A stretch of DNA of 61,287 nucleotides, from positions 1-61,287 of the forward strand of contig CAYYWV010000001.1 of the NCBI GenBank assembly GCA_964475385.1, given 5' to 3'. Below the pieces are notes generated by a model that had not been told where the DNA came from, did not search any database, and worked only from the letters and a program-made list of their open reading frames with translations. Below, in pieces: positions 58,560-61,287 of this stretch. The translations under genes were made by a program, and so were the position numbers. Positions within the stretch are counted from its first letter, which is position 1; each line of letters opens with the position of its first letter. The DNA comes from an uncultured Alphaproteobacteria bacterium (GTDB lineage: Bacteria; Pseudomonadota; Alphaproteobacteria; JAAXGF01).

Positions 58560-59933
58560 ATGACAAGTCCGCAGGACCCCATCCGCCGCGCCCGGAAATG
58601 GTTGGCGCATCTTCTCGATCCCGACGGCGACGAGCGAGCGGCCGCGCCGGCCGCCGGCGCGGCGACGAGCGCCAGACAAACCATTGCGCCAGCGCCGAGG
58701 CCGGTCCCCAACACCCAGTTCGCAGAGCTGGAAAAGCGGTTGGCGCGATTCCTTGCGGCCGTCAACCGTGACGGCGAACCGGTCACGACGGGAGCCATTC
58801 AGCTCGTCGGACTAGCCAATATTCGCGACCGCCTCGGGGACAAGTGGGAGCGGTTCTCCGACCGGGTCCACGCCACCGCCCGAAACGTGATCGAGCAGCA
58901 CCTGTCGGACTCGGACGTCTACTCGCTGTACAAGAACGAGTCCTACATCATCCTCTTCGCCCAGGCGACCGAGGAGCAAGGGCGGTTCAAGGCCAAGGTC
59001 ATCGGCGACGAAATCGCGCACCGCTTGTTTGGAGGCAACGGCGCGGCCGACGCCATCACCGTCAAGACCCTGGTCTATCAGGTCGACGGCCGCCTCGGCC
59101 TCGAGGACGCCGACGACGGAACGCTTCTCGATCGCCTTTTCACCCAGGCCCACGACCGTTTCGAAGAGAAGATCGGGGGCGCTTCCGCCCCGGCCATGCG
59201 GTCGGAGGCGGCCCCCGCCGCCGCTTCGTCTCCGTTCAGACTCGTCTACCGGCCGATATGGAACGTGCGCAAGAACGTGGTCTCGGGCTTTCTCGCGACT
59301 CTGTGGCATGACAAGGCGGCGTTCGCCGACGGCGTTCCGCCCGCGACCAAGGACGTCGACCTTTTCATTCTCAAGGACGTTATTCGTGGGGTGAAAGAGA
59401 TCGAAAAAGGAGCCGCGAAGAAGGTCTTCGTGGCGCCGGTCCATCTGTGCACGCTTTCGATCCCCCATACTCGGCGCGAGTATTTCGCCTTGTGCCGGAC
59501 CGTGGACGAAAAGGCGCGGCGGTACATGGCGTTCGAGCTGATCCTTCCCGACGACCGGACAGTGCTTTCCCGGCTCGACAGCGTTTCGCTGCAACTGCGG
59601 TCCTTCGCCCGCTCCTTGATGTGCCGGGTGGGGCTCGACTTCGACAGCTTCGGGTTCTTCCAGAACAGCCGGTTCTTCGCGATCGGGATATCGCTGCCGT
59701 CGTCCAGGTATAAGGAAAGCGACATCATGGCGCGGCTCGAGACGTTCTCGGCCAAGGCCGAGCGCCACGGGGTCGGGAGCTACCTTCACAACGTCCCGTC
59801 CCTGAGCCTGATGTCGTTCGCCATCGCCGCCGGGTTCGACTATCTGTCCGGCGAGCCGATCGGCTCGATCATGCGGGCGCAGGTCGGCGCCTACCGCTTC
59901 AGCATCGAGGATCTTTACTCCAGGACGGCGTAG
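58560..59933 (+). CDS. Cytoplasmic protein with degenerate GGDEF-like and degenerate EAL-like domains (candidate signalling adaptor or c-di-GMP receptor)
   Basis: N-terminal half follows the GGDEF layout (IQLVGLANIRDRLGDKWERFSD...DVYSLYKNESYIILF, with KNESY in place of GGDEF). C-terminal half follows the EAL layout (FRLVYRPIWNVRKNVVSGFLATLW, FELILPDD, GLDFDSFG, GFDYLSGEPIG) with most catalytic residues replaced. Confidence 0.5.
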   Translation: MTSPQDPIRRARKWLAHLLDPDGDERAAAPAAGAATSARQTIAPAPRPVPNTQFAELEKRLARFLAAVNRDGEPVTTGAIQLVGLANIRDRLGDKWERFSDRVHATARNVIEQHLSDSDVYSLYKNESYIILFAQATEEQGRFKAKVIGDEIAHRLFGGNGAADAITVKTLVYQVDGRLGLEDADDGTLLDRLFTQAHDRFEEKIGGASAPAMRSEAAPAAASSPFRLVYRPIWNVRKNVVSGFLATLWHDKAAFADGVPPATKDVDLFILKDVIRGVKEIEKGAAKKVFVAPVHLCTLSIPHTRREYFALCRTVDEKARRYMAFELILPDDRTVLSRLDSVSLQLRSFARSLMCRVGLDFDSFGFFQNSRFFAIGISLPSSRYKESDIMARLETFSAKAERHGVGSYLHNVPSLSLMSFAIAAGFDYLSGEPIGSIMRAQVGAYRFSIEDLYSRTA

Positions 59934-59965
59934 GCGCGCCGCCGAAACGGTCGGGCGCCTCTGCG

Positions 59966-60928
59966 TTAAGAACTATCGGTGAAATCGACCGGGTTCTGGG
60001 CCTTTCGGTTGACCTCGAGACGGAAGACGTCGGGCCGTGCGTAGTGTCCGGCGACGTCGAGAGAGCGTCGGGCGGCTGCGGCCGCGGCGAGGTCGATCTC
60101 GGCGAAAAGGGTTCCCTTCTCGCGGGTCATGGGGCCGGCGATCGGGCCGCCGAAAGGCCTGACGACCATCGCGTCGCCGTCGCAGAGCCATTCGTTCTCG
60201 CGGGCGAAGAGCGCCTCGCGATGGGGGAAATCTTCGGGGACGTCCGAGGCTTGAATCGCGGTCGCCGTTCCGATCACCCAACACCCGCCTTCGCGGGCGA
60301 TGTGGCGCATGGTCGCAAGCCAACCTTCGCCGGCGTCCCAGGTCGGCGCGACATAGACCTCGACGTTCTGGGCGAACAGGGCGTAGCGCGCAAGCGGCAT
60401 GTAGTTCTCCCAGCAGATCAGGCCCCCGATTCGGCCCGCCGGCGTCTCGACCACCCGTAGCCCGCGGGCGTCTCCGCGGCCCCAGATCATCCGTTCCGGA
60501 TTGGTCGGGACGAGCTTGCGGTGCCGGTTCAGAATCGCACCGTCAGGGCCGATGACGACGAGCGTGTTGAACAAGGTGCTGCCGCTGAACGCGCTGTCGA
60601 TTTCGTGGAGGCCGCATACGACCGTCACCCCGGCCTCGGCCGCCGCGGCGCAAAGCGGCTTGAGCCCTCCGCCCGCAAGGTCGACCGCGTTCTCTCTGAG
60701 GCGGCTGTGAATCGCGCTCGCCGCCGCCATATCGCCGCCCGGGCGCAGACGCCAGATCCAAGTCGGGTAGCCGGGAAAATAGGCCTCCGGAAACACGATC
60801 AGCGTGGCGCCTGCGTCGGCGGCCTCCTTCAGATCCGCAACGGCGTTCGCCATCGTGGCGTCGAGATCGAGAAGGACAGGCGGCTTTTGGACAACGGCGA
60901 CTTTGACGTTCTTGCGGTCGGCAGTCAT
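59966..60928 (-). CDS. Nitrilase / carbon-nitrogen hydrolase superfamily enzyme
   Basis: Glu in LIVFPEAYFPGYP, catalytic Cys in GGLICWENYMP, Lys region HRKLVPT. The ATG at 60928 follows AAGGAG. Confidence 0.85.
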   Translation of the reverse strand: MTADRKNVKVAVVQKPPVLLDLDATMANAVADLKEAADAGATLIVFPEAYFPGYPTWIWRLRPGGDMAAASAIHSRLRENAVDLAGGGLKPLCAAAAEAGVTVVCGLHEIDSAFSGSTLFNTLVVIGPDGAILNRHRKLVPTNPERMIWGRGDARGLRVVETPAGRIGGLICWENYMPLARYALFAQNVEVYVAPTWDAGEGWLATMRHIAREGGCWVIGTATAIQASDVPEDFPHREALFARENEWLCDGDAMVVRPFGGPIAGPMTREKGTLFAEIDLAAAAAARRSLDVAGHYARPDVFRLEVNRKAQNPVDFTDSS

Positions 60929-61119
60929 ACGATCTCCTTTGCGTTCGAGATCGGATGCCGACCCCGGCGGCGTATTCACATGGCGCGGGCCGGCATACGG
61001 ACCGCAAAGTCGAACGATACCACATCGCAGCTTGCGAAGGGCCAAAGATCGCCGGGCCTCGATCTTTCGACGGCGCGCGCCGGCGCGAGAAGCCGGCTTT
61101 CCGGAGCGCGCCCGAGGGC

Positions 61120-61287
61120 TCAGCGCGACAGGAGCTTTCGCTTCTCTTCGAACTCGTCCTTGTCGATCTCGCCCTTGGCGAAGCGCTCCTCGAGGATCTC
61201 GAGCGCGGTGGACTTGCTCCGATGCTCGGCCGGCGGCGTTGGACCGGCGGAGGAGCCGCCCGCGAGCCAGCGCACGATGATGACGAC
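61120..61287 (-). CDS. C-terminal end of a protein with a SHOCT domain (5' part outside the window)
   Basis: Reverse-strand translation reads ...VVIIVRWLAGGSSAGPTPPAEHRSKSTALEILEERFAKGEIDKDEFEEKRKLLSR-stop. The frame is open to the window edge. Not in the supplied ORF track. Confidence 0.55.
   Translation of the reverse strand, partial: VVIIVRWLAGGSSAGPTPPAEHRSKSTALEILEERFAKGEIDKDEFEEKRKLLSR

Overview
A 61.3 kb, very GC-rich, densely coding chromosomal window. Gene content points to an alphaproteobacterium: DUF1134/EipA-like, DUF2007, glyQS, ppdK, Bug/TTT transporter, PEP-CTERM. I call about 55 protein genes, 2 tRNAs (Pro-CGG, Asn-GTT) and several regulatory motifs read directly from the DNA. 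I found no transposase, integrase, phage gene, CRISPR array or rRNA. Most long ORFs in the six-frame track are antisense or out-of-frame shadows typical of high-GC DNA, and I rejected them.

Gene order, left to right:
- Partial MFS transporter.
- MerR/CueR-type promoter, Met-rich periplasmic protein, DsbE-like thioredoxin, BNR-propeller/cytochrome c fusion, CcdA.
- BKACE enzyme, 2-hydroxyacid dehydrogenase, TctCBA transporter, GntR regulator.
- ThDP enzyme (Oxc/HACL-like), Frc, an FDH-N-terminal-like formyltransferase and a CBS protein in one operon.
- ggt, tRNA-Pro, ispB, DUF2007 protein, NPPY methyltransferase.
- An envelope/PEP-CTERM block: priming sugar transferase, BON protein, DUF1134 protein, small lipoprotein, PEP-CTERM protein. 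It carries two near-identical sigma-54 promoters and a thrice-repeated 17-mer.
- tRNA-Asn, class V aminotransferase, RND efflux pair.
- Toxin-antitoxin module 1, cytochrome P460-like protein, acid-ceramidase-like Ntn hydrolase, glyQS, ppdK, HIT protein, toxin-antitoxin module 2, ygfZ.
- A tightly coupled operon of four glycosyltransferases plus an AsnB-like enzyme.
- A degenerate MBL-fold protein, a Mo-oxidoreductase and a DMT transporter.
- A complete AmmeMemoRadiSam triad.
- A NIT-like sensor kinase, a CheY-like regulator and a degenerate GGDEF/EAL-like protein.
- Nitrilase and a partial SHOCT protein.

The candidates I consider most worth follow-up:
1. The formyl-CoA operon with a stand-alone FDH-type formyltransferase.
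2. The sigma-54 promoter and repeated 17-mer layer around the PEP-CTERM genes.
3. The putatively copper-responsive Met-rich/thiol-redox/cytochrome c cluster.
4. The kinase / receiver / degenerate GGDEF-EAL module.

All family assignments come from motif recognition by eye. No searches were run.
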